A DNA stretch of 61,339 nucleotides. Source: Alphaproteobacteria bacterium (lineage in GTDB: Bacteria; Pseudomonadota; Alphaproteobacteria; Micavibrionales; CSBR16-224). The notes beneath the pieces are model-generated. The model ran no database searches. It worked only from the letters and a program-made list of their open reading frames with translations, and was not told where the DNA came from. The position numbers and the translations under genes are program-made. Numbering within the stretch: the first letter of the stretch is position 1; each line of letters opens with the position of its first letter. Shown here in pieces: positions 48,435-58,097 of this stretch. Location: contig JAJFGX010000071.1 in the NCBI GenBank assembly GCA_021775895.1, forward strand, positions 1 through 61,339. Reading direction: 5' to 3'.

Positions 48435-49385
48435 ATGGAGTGTTGGATTCTATATGATGGAAAACCAGAATCATCTGGGCCGGGGGCTTATGAGGTTAGG
48501 CGTTTTATTGAAGCTGGTCGAAGACAGGACATTAATGTCACTGTATATAGTCCAGAGCAATTTGATTTGGTCGTGATGCAAGATGATAGAGACAGCGTTC
48601 TTGTCGATGGTAAAGAAGTGCAACTACCAGATTTTCTTTTGCCTAGAATTAGTGGGAATGTTAATTATTTTACGTTGGCTGTTATAAGGCATTTAGAAAG
48701 GCTAGGCGTGCAGAGTTTTAATGGCTCTGATAGCATAGATTGCGTAAAAGATAAGCTGCATTCACATCAAGTGCTTGCGGAGAATAATGTTCCTGTTCCA
48801 AATACTATGCTCGCAAAGTTTCCATTTAATATGGAAGTAGTTGAAAAGCTTTTTGATTTTCCTTTGGTCGTAAAGACACTTGTTGGCACTCATGGTAATG
48901 GCGTGTTTTTGTGTGAAACAAAAGGTAAATTCAATGATATTATGGAGTTAATGTGTGAAACTCAACCAAATGTTCAGCTTATCTTTCAGGAGTTTATCGC
49001 ATCTAGCATAGGGCAAGATTTACGAGTGTTTGTAATTGATGGTAAAGCTGTGGCAGCAATGAAGAGAACTTCAGCTGACGGAGGCTTTAAGGCTAATATT
49101 TCTAGAGGTGGTTCAGGTGAGTTTTATCCAATGAATGCTGAATTAGAACAATTGGCAATAGATACATCACGTAGTTTGAATTTAGATATTGCTGGCGTTG
49201 ATATTTTATTTGCTGAAGATGGCTATACTATTTGTGAGGCTAATGTTGCACCTGACTTTAAAGGTTTGGAGTCTTGTTGTAATATTAGTATTGCGGATGA
49301 AATATTGTCTTCAATTTCAAGCCGTCTAGCTCGTGAAGTTGCCCGTGATGTTGTATGTGAGATACGACCTCAGTTAATTTTGTAG
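48435..49385 (+). CDS. rimK: RimK-family ATP-grasp alpha-L-glutamate ligase
   Basis: 'VVKTLVGTHGNGVFL', 'QDLRVFVIDGKAVAAMKR' and 'ANISRGG'. GGGAG RBS upstream. Confidence 0.8.
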   Translation: MECWILYDGKPESSGPGAYEVRRFIEAGRRQDINVTVYSPEQFDLVVMQDDRDSVLVDGKEVQLPDFLLPRISGNVNYFTLAVIRHLERLGVQSFNGSDSIDCVKDKLHSHQVLAENNVPVPNTMLAKFPFNMEVVEKLFDFPLVVKTLVGTHGNGVFLCETKGKFNDIMELMCETQPNVQLIFQEFIASSIGQDLRVFVIDGKAVAAMKRTSADGGFKANISRGGSGEFYPMNAELEQLAIDTSRSLNLDIAGVDILFAEDGYTICEANVAPDFKGLESCCNISIADEILSSISSRLAREVARDVVCEIRPQLIL

Positions 49386-49480
49386 TATTTTTTAATTTTT
49401 ATATAGAATCATGTTGACTTATGGGCAGAATATAATTATAAATTCGATTGAATGTTAGTTTTACAAAGGAAAGTTAAAGA

Positions 49481-49750
49481 ATGGCACATCATAAGTCTGC
49501 AAAAAAACGTATTCGTCGTAACGAGAAACGTCAACTAATTAATAAGAGTCGTATTTCTCGTATTCGTACATTTATTCGTAAAGTTGAAGAAGCTATAGCA
49601 ACAGGCGATAAAAAAGTTGCAGATGCAGCTTTTGTTTTGGCTCAACCTGAAATTCACCGTGGTGTGACAAAAGGTGTTCTTCACAAGTCAACAGCAGCTC
49701 GCAAAATATCTGGTTTATCTAGACGTATTAAGGCTTTACTAGCTAAATAA
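49481..49750 (+). CDS. rpsT: 30S ribosomal protein S20
   Basis: '[17 protein letters not shown]', 89 aa. Confidence 0.95.
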   Translation: MAHHKSAKKRIRRNEKRQLINKSRISRIRTFIRKVEEAIATGDKKVADAAFVLAQPEIHRGVTKGVLHKSTAARKISGLSRRIKALLAK

Positions 49751-49776
49751 GCTACTTAAATCTATGTTTTTACAAT

Positions 49777-49799
49777 AAGGAGACTTTGGTCTCCTTTTT
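49777..49799 (+). terminator. Rho-independent terminator of rpsT
   Basis: AAGGAGAC-TTTG-GTCTCCTT followed by TTT. Confidence 0.8.
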
Positions 49800-49988
49800 G
49801 TGTTTATAAAATTATATATAGTATTATATATAATATTAATGACTTTTTAATAGAGCTGTGAGAGAATGAAGTATAGAGGTTCATATCTTGAATCTCTTCT
49901 GTGTGTCTGGGTGAGTATCTAGCTTTTATACATTTGTGTATATTAGCATTGGTGATATTTGTACAACCTAAATGATGGTATTTAAAAT

Positions 49989-50417
49989 ATGGGACAAGAT
50001 ATAAAGCTTTTCGATGCAATTTATCAGAAAATGAATTGGCAAGAACAACGTCAAAAAACGCTTGCTCAAAACATTGCTAATGCTGATACTCCTGATTATA
50101 TACCACAAGATTTAAAGCCTTTGGCATTTAAAGATTTATTAGAAACGACTACAAGTAAATTATCTATGAGCAAGGGAAGCCCGTCTCTTGCAACAACTAA
50201 TTCTATGCATATAGATACAGGTGGCAATAGTGCTAGAACTGCGAAATCTAAAGAGCAACGTCATGTTTATGAAACAGCACCAGCGGGTAATTCAGTTATT
50301 TTGGAAGAGCAATTAATTAAAGCGAATGAATTGGCATCAGATCATCGTATGATATCAAATATATATCAAAAGAATTTAAATATGCTACGAACGGCTCTTA
50401 GGGGCAGTGGGCAGTAG
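49989..50417 (+). CDS. flgB: Flagellar basal-body rod protein FlgB
   Basis: 'LAQNIANADTPDY' N-terminal rod motif. Confidence 0.85.
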   Translation: MGQDIKLFDAIYQKMNWQEQRQKTLAQNIANADTPDYIPQDLKPLAFKDLLETTTSKLSMSKGSPSLATTNSMHIDTGGNSARTAKSKEQRHVYETAPAGNSVILEEQLIKANELASDHRMISNIYQKNLNMLRTALRGSGQ

Positions 50418-50444
50418 GAAGTAGTTTTATAAAGGAGTTAGGTT

Positions 50445-50858
50445 ATGGATTTAATACAAGCAATGGAAGTAGCAGCTAAAGGTATGCAAGCTCAGGGCGT
50501 GCGTATGCGGGTTATTTCGGAGAATATTGCAAATTCTAGCACTACAGGGCAGGCTCCAGGGGAGAACCCATACCAAAGACAATTAGTTACATTTAAAAAT
50601 ATTATGGATCGTCAGGCTGGTATTAAACATGTGGAAGTAGACAAAATCCTTAAAGATGCAGATACTGATTTTAGTTTGAAATATGACCCAGATCATCCAG
50701 CTGCTAATGATAAAGGCTATGTAATGATGCCGAATGTTAATTCATTGGTTGAAATGATGGATATGCGTGAGGCACAGCGTTCTTATGAGGCTAATTTAGG
50801 TATTATTGATATGACACGTAGTATGCTGAATAGAGCAATAGACTTACTGAGGTCTTAA
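50445..50858 (+). CDS. flgC: Flagellar basal-body rod protein FlgC
   Basis: 'ISENIANSSTT' and the C-terminal 'MPNVNSLVEMMDMREAQRSYEAN'. Confidence 0.9.
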   Translation: MDLIQAMEVAAKGMQAQGVRMRVISENIANSSTTGQAPGENPYQRQLVTFKNIMDRQAGIKHVEVDKILKDADTDFSLKYDPDHPAANDKGYVMMPNVNSLVEMMDMREAQRSYEANLGIIDMTRSMLNRAIDLLRS

Positions 50859-50890
50859 ATTTTATAATATTAAGGTGAGGGGAGATAATA

Positions 50891-51205
50891 ATGGTTGATG
50901 TTAAAGGTGCTGCGGGGGCGTATATTAATGCTCTTGAACAAATGAATAAATCTGTGCCATCTCAAGATAGCAATAGTGATATAAATGGAACAAGTTTTGG
51001 TGACATGCTAAAAACTAGCCTTAATAGTGCTGTTGATGCACAACATACAAGTGAGAAAGTTTCAGCCTCTGCGGTAATGGGGCAGGCTAATATCACAGAT
51101 GTTTTGCAAGCCGTCACTGAGGCCGAAATGAAATTAGATACAGTACTTGCCATTCGTGACAGAGTGATTTCTGCTTATGAACAGATTATGCGTTCTCCTA
51201 TCTAA
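50891..51205 (+). CDS. fliE: Flagellar hook-basal body complex protein FliE
   Basis: The C-terminal 'VLAIRDRVISAYEQIMRSPI' is the FliE signature. Confidence 0.85.
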   Translation: MVDVKGAAGAYINALEQMNKSVPSQDSNSDINGTSFGDMLKTSLNSAVDAQHTSEKVSASAVMGQANITDVLQAVTEAEMKLDTVLAIRDRVISAYEQIMRSPI

Positions 51206-51213
51206 TGTTTTTT

Positions 51214-52338
51214 TTAAACTCTTAAAGGCATCAAAACATAAAGAGATTGATCATCGGAAATATCTTCAATAATAGTTGGTGAAGCACCATCTGCTAATAC
51301 AAGGCGACAATGGTCTCCATCAATTTGTTTTGCAACATCCATTAAATAAGCTGCATTAAAGCCTATTTCTACTGAATTATTGTCAAATAATATTTCAAGT
51401 TCTTCTGTTGCACTACCACTTTCAGGGCTAGTTGCAGATAGAGTCATTACTTTTCCATTTAGAACCATTTTAACGGCTCTGGTTTTTTCATTGGTAATTG
51501 TTGAAACTCTATCAACTGCATTAACTAATATTGCAGGGTTTATCTCTAGAATTTTGTCATTACCTTTTGGAATTACACGTTCGTAGTCTGGGAATGTGCC
51601 ATCTATTAATTTTGTCGCAAATGTTATGTGATCGAAGCTACATTGCAATTTTGTATCAGATATACTCATTTTTATAGTGTCACCAGCTTCATCAATTAGT
51701 TTACGAATTTCATTAATAGCTTTCTTTGGAATGATAACACCAGAGGTCAGGTTTTCAGCGCCCGCAGGAAGATCCATTTCAAAACGTGCAAGGCGGTGAG
51801 CATCAGTTGCGACAGCTCGCAGAACTTGTTTGCCATTATGTTCAGTTGCATGGATAAAAATACCATTTAAATAGTAGCGTGTTTCTTCATTAGAAATAGC
51901 AAAACGTGTGCGGTCTATCAGCATACGTAAGTTTGCGGCTGGAATTTCAAACTGATGTGGCATGTTGTCATCTTTAGACATTTGCGGGAAGTCATCGACT
52001 GGCAGGCAACCAAGTTTAAAGTTAGAACGTTCAGATTTGATGAACATTGTGTTTTCACCAGCAGGTATTTCAAGGCTAACGCTAGAGCCGTCAGGTAATT
52101 TACGTACGATATCATATAGAGTATTGGCAGCAACTGTTGTCGAGCCTGCTATACTTACTTTAGCTGGAACACTTTCAGTGACTTCTATGTCCATATCTGT
52201 TGTGTTTAAAAACAGAGTGTCATCTTCCACCTTTAAAAGAACATTTGCTAAAATTGGAATAGTGTTGCGACGCTCAACGATTGTGTGAACGTGTCCTAAA
52301 GAGCGTAGTAAGTCTGAGCGATCAATAGAAAATTTCAT
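51214..52338 (-). CDS. dnaN: DNA polymerase III beta sliding clamp
   Basis: 'MKFSIDRSDLLRSLGHVHTIVERRNTIPILANVLL', 374 aa. Confidence 0.95.
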   Translation of the reverse strand: MKFSIDRSDLLRSLGHVHTIVERRNTIPILANVLLKVEDDTLFLNTTDMDIEVTESVPAKVSIAGSTTVAANTLYDIVRKLPDGSSVSLEIPAGENTMFIKSERSNFKLGCLPVDDFPQMSKDDNMPHQFEIPAANLRMLIDRTRFAISNEETRYYLNGIFIHATEHNGKQVLRAVATDAHRLARFEMDLPAGAENLTSGVIIPKKAINEIRKLIDEAGDTIKMSISDTKLQCSFDHITFATKLIDGTFPDYERVIPKGNDKILEINPAILVNAVDRVSTITNEKTRAVKMVLNGKVMTLSATSPESGSATEELEILFDNNSVEIGFNAAYLMDVAKQIDGDHCRLVLADGASPTIIEDISDDQSLYVLMPLRV

Positions 52339-52395
52339 ATTATGATTCCTTTACCTATATTAATTTTGATAATGGACATACTAACATGATAGAGC

Positions 52396-52437
52396 AAAAA
52401 AAAAAGCTATTTCATACTTATTTTGGCATGAATAGCT
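52396..52437 (-). terminator. Rho-independent terminator of the 141-aa gene
   Basis: The minus strand reads AGCTATTCAT-(loop)-ATGAAATAGCT followed by T10. Confidence 0.6.
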
Positions 52438-52493
52438 ATTTTTCTTTGATGTTTGGTCATATTCTCAAGGCGAAATTAGAATTATCGCTTTTT

Positions 52494-52919
52494 TTATCTA
52501 AGTGGTTGTTGTTTTAAACGGCGGTATACTTCTTGATAAGCTTTAGTCTTATCAAATTGGTTGGTTCTAATTTTATTTAAGTTGTCTTCAACATCTTTTG
52601 CACTTTTTAGTGCAGAGACAATGTTATCTCCATGATTTGCAAAGGAGACAAAATCGACCATATTTTTTCTTTTTGATGCGTAAACATTAAAAGTTTTCCT
52701 ATATGAAGAATCGCTTAATTTAAAAGCGGTACTATCTTGTACATGGCTTAATGTTTGGGTATTAAAATTTATTACTCTTTGAATTCCTGCTACTCCGTCA
52801 TTGTCTAAATATTTTAAAACTTTACTTAGTTTTTCTAACTCTCCAAATTTATGTTTTAGCTCTCTTACAGCAGATGTTTTATAATCTTCTTCAAGTCTTT
52901 CTTTTGTACTTTTCCACAT
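52494..52919 (-). CDS. Hypothetical protein (141 aa)
   Basis: The ORF has RBS AAGGAGAAAGAC before the ATG and a terminator downstream. No domain recognised. Confidence 0.6.
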   Translation of the reverse strand: MWKSTKERLEEDYKTSAVRELKHKFGELEKLSKVLKYLDNDGVAGIQRVINFNTQTLSHVQDSTAFKLSDSSYRKTFNVYASKRKNMVDFVSFANHGDNIVSALKSAKDVEDNLNKIRTNQFDKTKAYQEVYRRLKQQPLR

Positions 52920-53154
52920 TGTCTTTCTCCTTAAAATATTGTTAATTTATAATAACACTAATTTGTTGTTATATGTAATTACGCACCCATTTTATTGATT
53001 ATGTCAAGTCTAGTGCGTGATTTTGCAATTTAAAATAGGTAGTAATGCAATGTAATCTATTGAATATACAGTGTTTTTATTCATGTGTGTCTTGCTGTAA
53101 AATTTCTTATAATTCCACGATGTTTTTTCTAAGAAATAGAACGAATCATAGTAA

Positions 53155-54480
53155 TTACTTACCGATACAAAAATCCTTGAAAATAATATCTAATAGATCC
53201 TCTATGTCGACTCTGCCAGTTAAGCGTCCTAAATACCGTAAAGCCATGCGCATATCTTCGGCGGCAAGCTCTGCCATATCATTATTTAAGGCTTCTTTTA
53301 AGTGTTCATGGCATTTTTCTAAATTATCCCGATGTCTTTTACGGGTTAATAAAGGTGTATTATTCTGGTTAAGGCTATATTTTTCTTTTGTTAATGTTGT
53401 TAATTTCTCCAGCATTAAGTCTAGTCCTTCGCCTGTTTTTATTGATAAAGATAAATAACTATTATCTGGAATATAGCTGCTATCCGTATCAATTTTATTT
53501 GCCACTATAATAGTGTTCTCATCTTTAATTTCTAAAATTTCATCGGATAGTTCTTCTTTAATATCAAACATTATAATTTTTATGTCTGAGTTTGTTGCTT
53601 TATCGTAGGCTCTTTTTATGCCTTCTTGCTCAATTTCATCATTAGTTGAATCATGCAGCCCTGCTGTATCAGATACAATCACTGGATAGCCTGCAAGGTT
53701 TAAATGAGCCTCTAACACATCACGAGTAGTTCCCGCTTTATTTGAGACAATGGCAATATCACGCTTTGCTAGGGCATTTATAAGGCTGGATTTTCCTGCA
53801 TTTGGCGCACCTAATATAACAATTGAGATGCCTTCTCTTAGTCTTTCTCCTTTATGGTTGTCATTTAGATGATTTTCTAATTCCAACACAAAAACTTTTA
53901 ATTCTGGAAGAATATCTGCGGATAGCCCTTCAGGAATGTCTTCATCAGGGAATTCTATTTCCGCTTCTTGATAGGCTAAAAGTTTGCTTAGCTTTTTAGT
54001 CCATTCTTCATACATGTGACGGAGCTGTCCCGCATGTTGACCAATCGCCAGTTTATGCTGGATTTCTGTTTCTGCATTAATTAAATCGGCAATGGCTTCC
54101 GCTTCGGTTAAATCAATTTTACCATTTAATACGGCTTGTTTAGTAAATTCACCAGCCTCTGCCATGCGGGTGTTTTCACACAAAGCAAGAGCGTTCAATA
54201 ATGCTTCAACACCAGCCTGTCCTCCATGTATGTGATACTCAACAATATCTTCGCCTGTGAAACTGTTGGGGGCTTTGAAATAAATTGCAATTCCACGATC
54301 AATTAAATCATTCGTCTTTGGATTACTAAAATTACAATAATTCGCCATACGTGGTTTAGGGGAGTTAACATCAGTAGATAAAGTCTGTAATGTGTCTAAT
54401 GCTCCATCACCAGATACTCTGATAATAGCCACGCCACCTCTGCCATGGGCCGAAGATAAAGCATAGATTGTTTCAGTCAT
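53155..54480 (-). CDS. mnmE: tRNA modification GTPase MnmE
   Basis: 'ETIYALSSAHGRGGVAIIRVSG', the G1 motif 'GAPNAGKSSL', and the C-terminal 'CIGK'. Confidence 0.95.
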   Translation of the reverse strand: MTETIYALSSAHGRGGVAIIRVSGDGALDTLQTLSTDVNSPKPRMANYCNFSNPKTNDLIDRGIAIYFKAPNSFTGEDIVEYHIHGGQAGVEALLNALALCENTRMAEAGEFTKQAVLNGKIDLTEAEAIADLINAETEIQHKLAIGQHAGQLRHMYEEWTKKLSKLLAYQEAEIEFPDEDIPEGLSADILPELKVFVLELENHLNDNHKGERLREGISIVILGAPNAGKSSLINALAKRDIAIVSNKAGTTRDVLEAHLNLAGYPVIVSDTAGLHDSTNDEIEQEGIKRAYDKATNSDIKIIMFDIKEELSDEILEIKDENTIIVANKIDTDSSYIPDNSYLSLSIKTGEGLDLMLEKLTTLTKEKYSLNQNNTPLLTRKRHRDNLEKCHEHLKEALNNDMAELAAEDMRMALRYLGRLTGRVDIEDLLDIIFKDFCIGK

Positions 54481-54492
54481 AGAAAGCTCTCT

Positions 54493-54816
54493 CTAAAGTT
54501 CAACTTGATTGTCATCTAATAACAATCTTTCAACCTGTTTGCCATTAACAACATGGCTATTAATAATTTCATCAATGTCATCTGTATTTTTATAGTGATA
54601 CCAAATACCTTCAGGGTATAACACCATAACAGCACCAAGCTCGCAACGATCTAAGCAACCTGATTTATTTACACGGATGTTCTCAATGCCTAGCTCTTTA
54701 ATTCTAACTTTCATATAGTTGTGCAATTTGACAGCATCTTTTGCCTTGCAGCAACCTCTAACGTGCTTGTCTGCTCGCTCATTTATACAACAAAAAATAT
54801 GAGTATCGTAATGCAA
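54493..54816 (-). CDS. Thioredoxin-like [2Fe-2S] ferredoxin
   Basis: Cys pattern 'FCCINER..RGCC...GCLDRCELGAVMVLYPEGIWY'. Confidence 0.75.
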   Translation of the reverse strand: MHYDTHIFCCINERADKHVRGCCKAKDAVKLHNYMKVRIKELGIENIRVNKSGCLDRCELGAVMVLYPEGIWYHYKNTDDIDEIINSHVVNGKQVERLLLDDNQVEL

Positions 54817-54898
54817 TGGGTTTCCTTTACTTTTATTATATGTATCTTTAAACTACATAATATAGTCGATCAAGACTAATTTTTCTAGGAGATATTTA

Positions 54899-55633
54899 AT
54901 GCAAACAGTAACCGAAATGATAACAATAAAAACAAACACAGGCACTGGCACAAACGAAGAGTTTCAAGCATATATGGCGAAACCTGAAGGGGAAGATATG
55001 TCCTCTCCTGTAATTATAGTAATACAAGAAATTTTTGGAATTAATGGAGTAATGCGTAGTATTTGTGATGGGCTTGCCTATCAGGGGTATATTGCGGTAT
55101 GTCCTGATTTATTTTGGAGGCAAGAGGCAGGTGTCGATATTACCGACCAAACAGAAGAAGAATGGGCAAAGGCAATTGAACTTTATCAAGGTTTTAGTGA
55201 GGATAAGGGAGTCGAAGATTTAATTACAACCATGAACCATATGCGAGAATACTCAGACAGTAATGGCAAAGTTGGCACTATGGGATATTGTTTAGGTGGT
55301 AAAATGGCATATTTAATGGCTATGAGATCAGATGCTGATTGTAATGTTGGCTATTATGGAGTTGGAATTGAGAATGCTATTGATGGTGTGGCCAGTATTA
55401 AAAATCCATTAATGCTACATATTGCAGAAAATGATCAATTTGTAACAGCAGAGGCTCAGGCAACTATTATAGAGAAAATGAAAAACTATGATCATATAGA
55501 GACTTACCATTATTTGGGAGTAGAGCATGCTTTTGCTCGCATAGGGGGAGAACACTACAATCAAGAAGCTGCAAATAAAGCAAATTATCGTACAGCAGAC
55601 TTCTTGGCAAAACACCTTACAGAACAAGAATAA
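54899..55633 (+). CDS. Dienelactone hydrolase family protein
   Basis: 'VIIVIQEIFGIN', the nucleophile elbow 'GYCLGG', and 'HAF' near the C-terminus. Confidence 0.85.
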   Translation: MQTVTEMITIKTNTGTGTNEEFQAYMAKPEGEDMSSPVIIVIQEIFGINGVMRSICDGLAYQGYIAVCPDLFWRQEAGVDITDQTEEEWAKAIELYQGFSEDKGVEDLITTMNHMREYSDSNGKVGTMGYCLGGKMAYLMAMRSDADCNVGYYGVGIENAIDGVASIKNPLMLHIAENDQFVTAEAQATIIEKMKNYDHIETYHYLGVEHAFARIGGEHYNQEAANKANYRTADFLAKHLTEQE

Positions 55634-55651
55634 ACAAAGGGAGTAATCTCA

Positions 55652-57262
55652 GTGGCAGAAGAGAAACATCATAGTATTACCGATGATACCTTAGATATTG
55701 CAGAGGTTGCTTGCAAACATATATCAAAATTAGTCACTGGAAATGGTGTGTTAACAACTGATGTTAAAGTAATAAACAAAGAGCAAGATATGTTTGCATT
55801 AGATGTTAATCTAATTACTAATTTGCGTGATGTTGTTTCTGAAAAGAAAATTGTTGGTAATAAAGGAGCTGGTGAAGAATGCTCTTCTAAAGAGGATATG
55901 CAGCAAAAAGTTATGGCTGTTAAAGCTGAATGTATAGAAAGCCATGAAACACTGCTTTTACTAGAAAAAACTTTAAAAGAAATGCCCTTTAGTGGTTGGG
56001 GCAAAAAACAAAAGATTGTCTTAAAAGAGCTAAGCAAGGATTATATCTATACTGAGCAATGCCAACAGTGTAAAGGCTCAAAAAAGTCCCAATGCTCTAA
56101 GTGCCATGGTAAGGGTAATATAGCTTGCTTTAATTGCAAAGGCTTTGGTTTGATGGAATGCTTATATTGTAATGGTATGGGGCAGTTGCCAGATGGCAAA
56201 GGTGGACAGAAAGAATGCCACAAATGCTACGGTAAAAGAAAAGCCAAGTGTACAGAATGCCAAGGCAAGAAATATATGATTTGTGACCTATGTCGTGGAT
56301 CAAAATATATTCCGTGTAAAAATTGTGCACAAACTGGATATTTATCTGTACAAACACATGTTGAATTTTCTGCTCTAACTGAAATATTAATAGATGAAAG
56401 CTCATTGCCGACACCAGTGCTAAAGCTTTATGAAGCTGTGAGTGCGGAAAACTTAGCGAAAGATCAGCATGCAAAAGTCACTTTGATGAGGCCAGCAAAT
56501 CAAGAAGAGGCAGAAAACAAAGAAAATAATGAGCAAGTAGAAAGAAAGAACTTATACTACAAGCTCGAAATGCCGATAGCTAAAGCTGAATTTTCTATTG
56601 GAGAAAAACGTTATCAATCAGATATAGTAGGCTATCAATCATATCTATCTGGTATTGATGATTTTCTAGACCCTCTGGTTAAACCAGGGATTAAAGCTTT
56701 ACAAAAAATGTCACAAGGGCCGATGGCTCAAAAAGCTCTTATTGACACTGCTTTAAGGTATCGTTTAATCAAACAAGTTTTTTCCAGAATTGGTAAAATG
56801 ACAAATGGTAGAATATTCAAATTTATCAAAAGCGAATATCCAAATGGGCTGTCTGATAAGTATGCTAAAGCAGTTATCCAGTATTCTAATAAGGCTATTA
56901 GTAAGATTACAGAAAAGCCACGTATGATTGCTATGGGCATTGGTATTACTATGGCTCTAGCTGTTTTTGGAGCATGGTTTTTTGTGCCATTGCGTAAAGT
57001 CATTTCATCAATGCAGGAGCAACAGCAAATGCTCGCTGATTTTTCTCTAATGGCAGTAATCAGCTATGTAGCTTACTATATTATACGTTTATTTGCAGGC
57101 AAGGCTCTAGAGCAATTTATGATGGAGCAAAAGCAAAACACTAAAAATAAACAAGCTCTACCACCTGCAGGAAATGAAGGTATATACACAGTATTTGCGT
57201 CTATTGTTATTTTTATTGCCTTAGCCTATTTTGCTCCACTGTCGCCATCGTGGTTGCAATGA
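55652..57262 (+). CDS. Membrane protein with a DnaJ-type multi-CxxC zinc-finger array
   Basis: GTG start 9 nt after GGGAG. At least 10 CxxC pairs lie in ~100 aa ('CQQCKGSKKSQCSKCHGKGNIACFNCKGFGLMECLYCNGMG..'). Three predicted TM helices sit at the C-terminus. Confidence 0.7.
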   Translation: MAEEKHHSITDDTLDIAEVACKHISKLVTGNGVLTTDVKVINKEQDMFALDVNLITNLRDVVSEKKIVGNKGAGEECSSKEDMQQKVMAVKAECIESHETLLLLEKTLKEMPFSGWGKKQKIVLKELSKDYIYTEQCQQCKGSKKSQCSKCHGKGNIACFNCKGFGLMECLYCNGMGQLPDGKGGQKECHKCYGKRKAKCTECQGKKYMICDLCRGSKYIPCKNCAQTGYLSVQTHVEFSALTEILIDESSLPTPVLKLYEAVSAENLAKDQHAKVTLMRPANQEEAENKENNEQVERKNLYYKLEMPIAKAEFSIGEKRYQSDIVGYQSYLSGIDDFLDPLVKPGIKALQKMSQGPMAQKALIDTALRYRLIKQVFSRIGKMTNGRIFKFIKSEYPNGLSDKYAKAVIQYSNKAISKITEKPRMIAMGIGITMALAVFGAWFFVPLRKVISSMQEQQQMLADFSLMAVISYVAYYIIRLFAGKALEQFMMEQKQNTKNKQALPPAGNEGIYTVFASIVIFIALAYFAPLSPSWLQ

Positions 57263-57266
57263 TGTA

Positions 57267-58007
57267 TTAATATCGGTTTCTTTGATTATAGCTTTGCTGG
57301 CTAAGCACATGTTTTATATGCTTTTTTTCAAGGAAGTCTCTACCTGTTTCATTTAATGTCAGTAGTCCTTTTATGTTTTTCCTTGCTGAAGGGTCGTCTA
57401 CAGTAATTCGTGACCTATTGTTATCGTTATCAAGGTCATATTTTATTCCATTAATGTTAATTATAAGGTTCATATGTCCTGTAGAGTGTGAGAATCTCAT
57501 GTTATCTTCAGAGAATCCTAGGCGTTTTAGGGTGTAATATTTAAGTATTGCATAGTCCTCGCAATCTCCTTTATGACTGGTTATAGTTTCATGAGGAGTT
57601 GCAAAATATTCACCTACGTTATAATTTATATGATCTAGCTCATAAGTCAGAGTATCGTTAATATAGGCATCAACTTCAAAGGCTATTTCTTTGCGAGATA
57701 ATGGCTCTCCAAGTCTTTCAGCTTTTTCTTTGATGTGAAGGTCTATTGCATTGAAAAACATAAGAGTTTCCATTCTAATAGATAGGCTGTCTTTTTCTTT
57801 TTTTCTACGGTTTAGCATTTCGTTAAACCTCTGAGATAGGAATGTACCCATAAATATGCCTGCTGTCCCATCATGTGATAGAGAGCTTTCAGTTAAGTCT
57901 CTACCATGTATTTGCAAGAATGGCTCTTCAATTTCAGATGCTCCATACGCACATGTACTAAAAACTGTGGAAAGGCAAAAAATAGCTGGCTTTACAATTG
58001 ATCTCAT
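57267..58007 (-). CDS. Periplasmic transglutaminase-like cysteine peptidase (BTLCP family)
   Basis: It has a signal peptide, and 'GDCEDYAILKYYTLKRLGF' with downstream 'GHMNLII..DLDND' fits a Cys-His-Asp pattern. Confidence 0.75.
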   Translation of the reverse strand: MRSIVKPAIFCLSTVFSTCAYGASEIEEPFLQIHGRDLTESSLSHDGTAGIFMGTFLSQRFNEMLNRRKKEKDSLSIRMETLMFFNAIDLHIKEKAERLGEPLSRKEIAFEVDAYINDTLTYELDHINYNVGEYFATPHETITSHKGDCEDYAILKYYTLKRLGFSEDNMRFSHSTGHMNLIININGIKYDLDNDNNRSRITVDDPSARKNIKGLLTLNETGRDFLEKKHIKHVLSQQSYNQRNRY

Positions 58008-58097
58008 AATATTGAATTTTATCCTTGACGGTTATTATCCATACAATCACTATAAACCATGTGATTATTATTTGTATATAAAATTTAAGGATAATTA

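Noticed and set aside
49804-50019. A 71-aa minus-strand ORF between rpsT and flgB.
   Set aside because: It lies in the AT-rich promoter region, overlaps the flgB start, and has an implausible composition (I/L/Y/K-rich) with no SD.
53045-53458. A 137-aa plus-strand ORF overlapping the 3' end of mnmE.
   Set aside because: It is antisense to the well-supported mnmE C-terminus, and it has neither an SD nor a recognisable domain.
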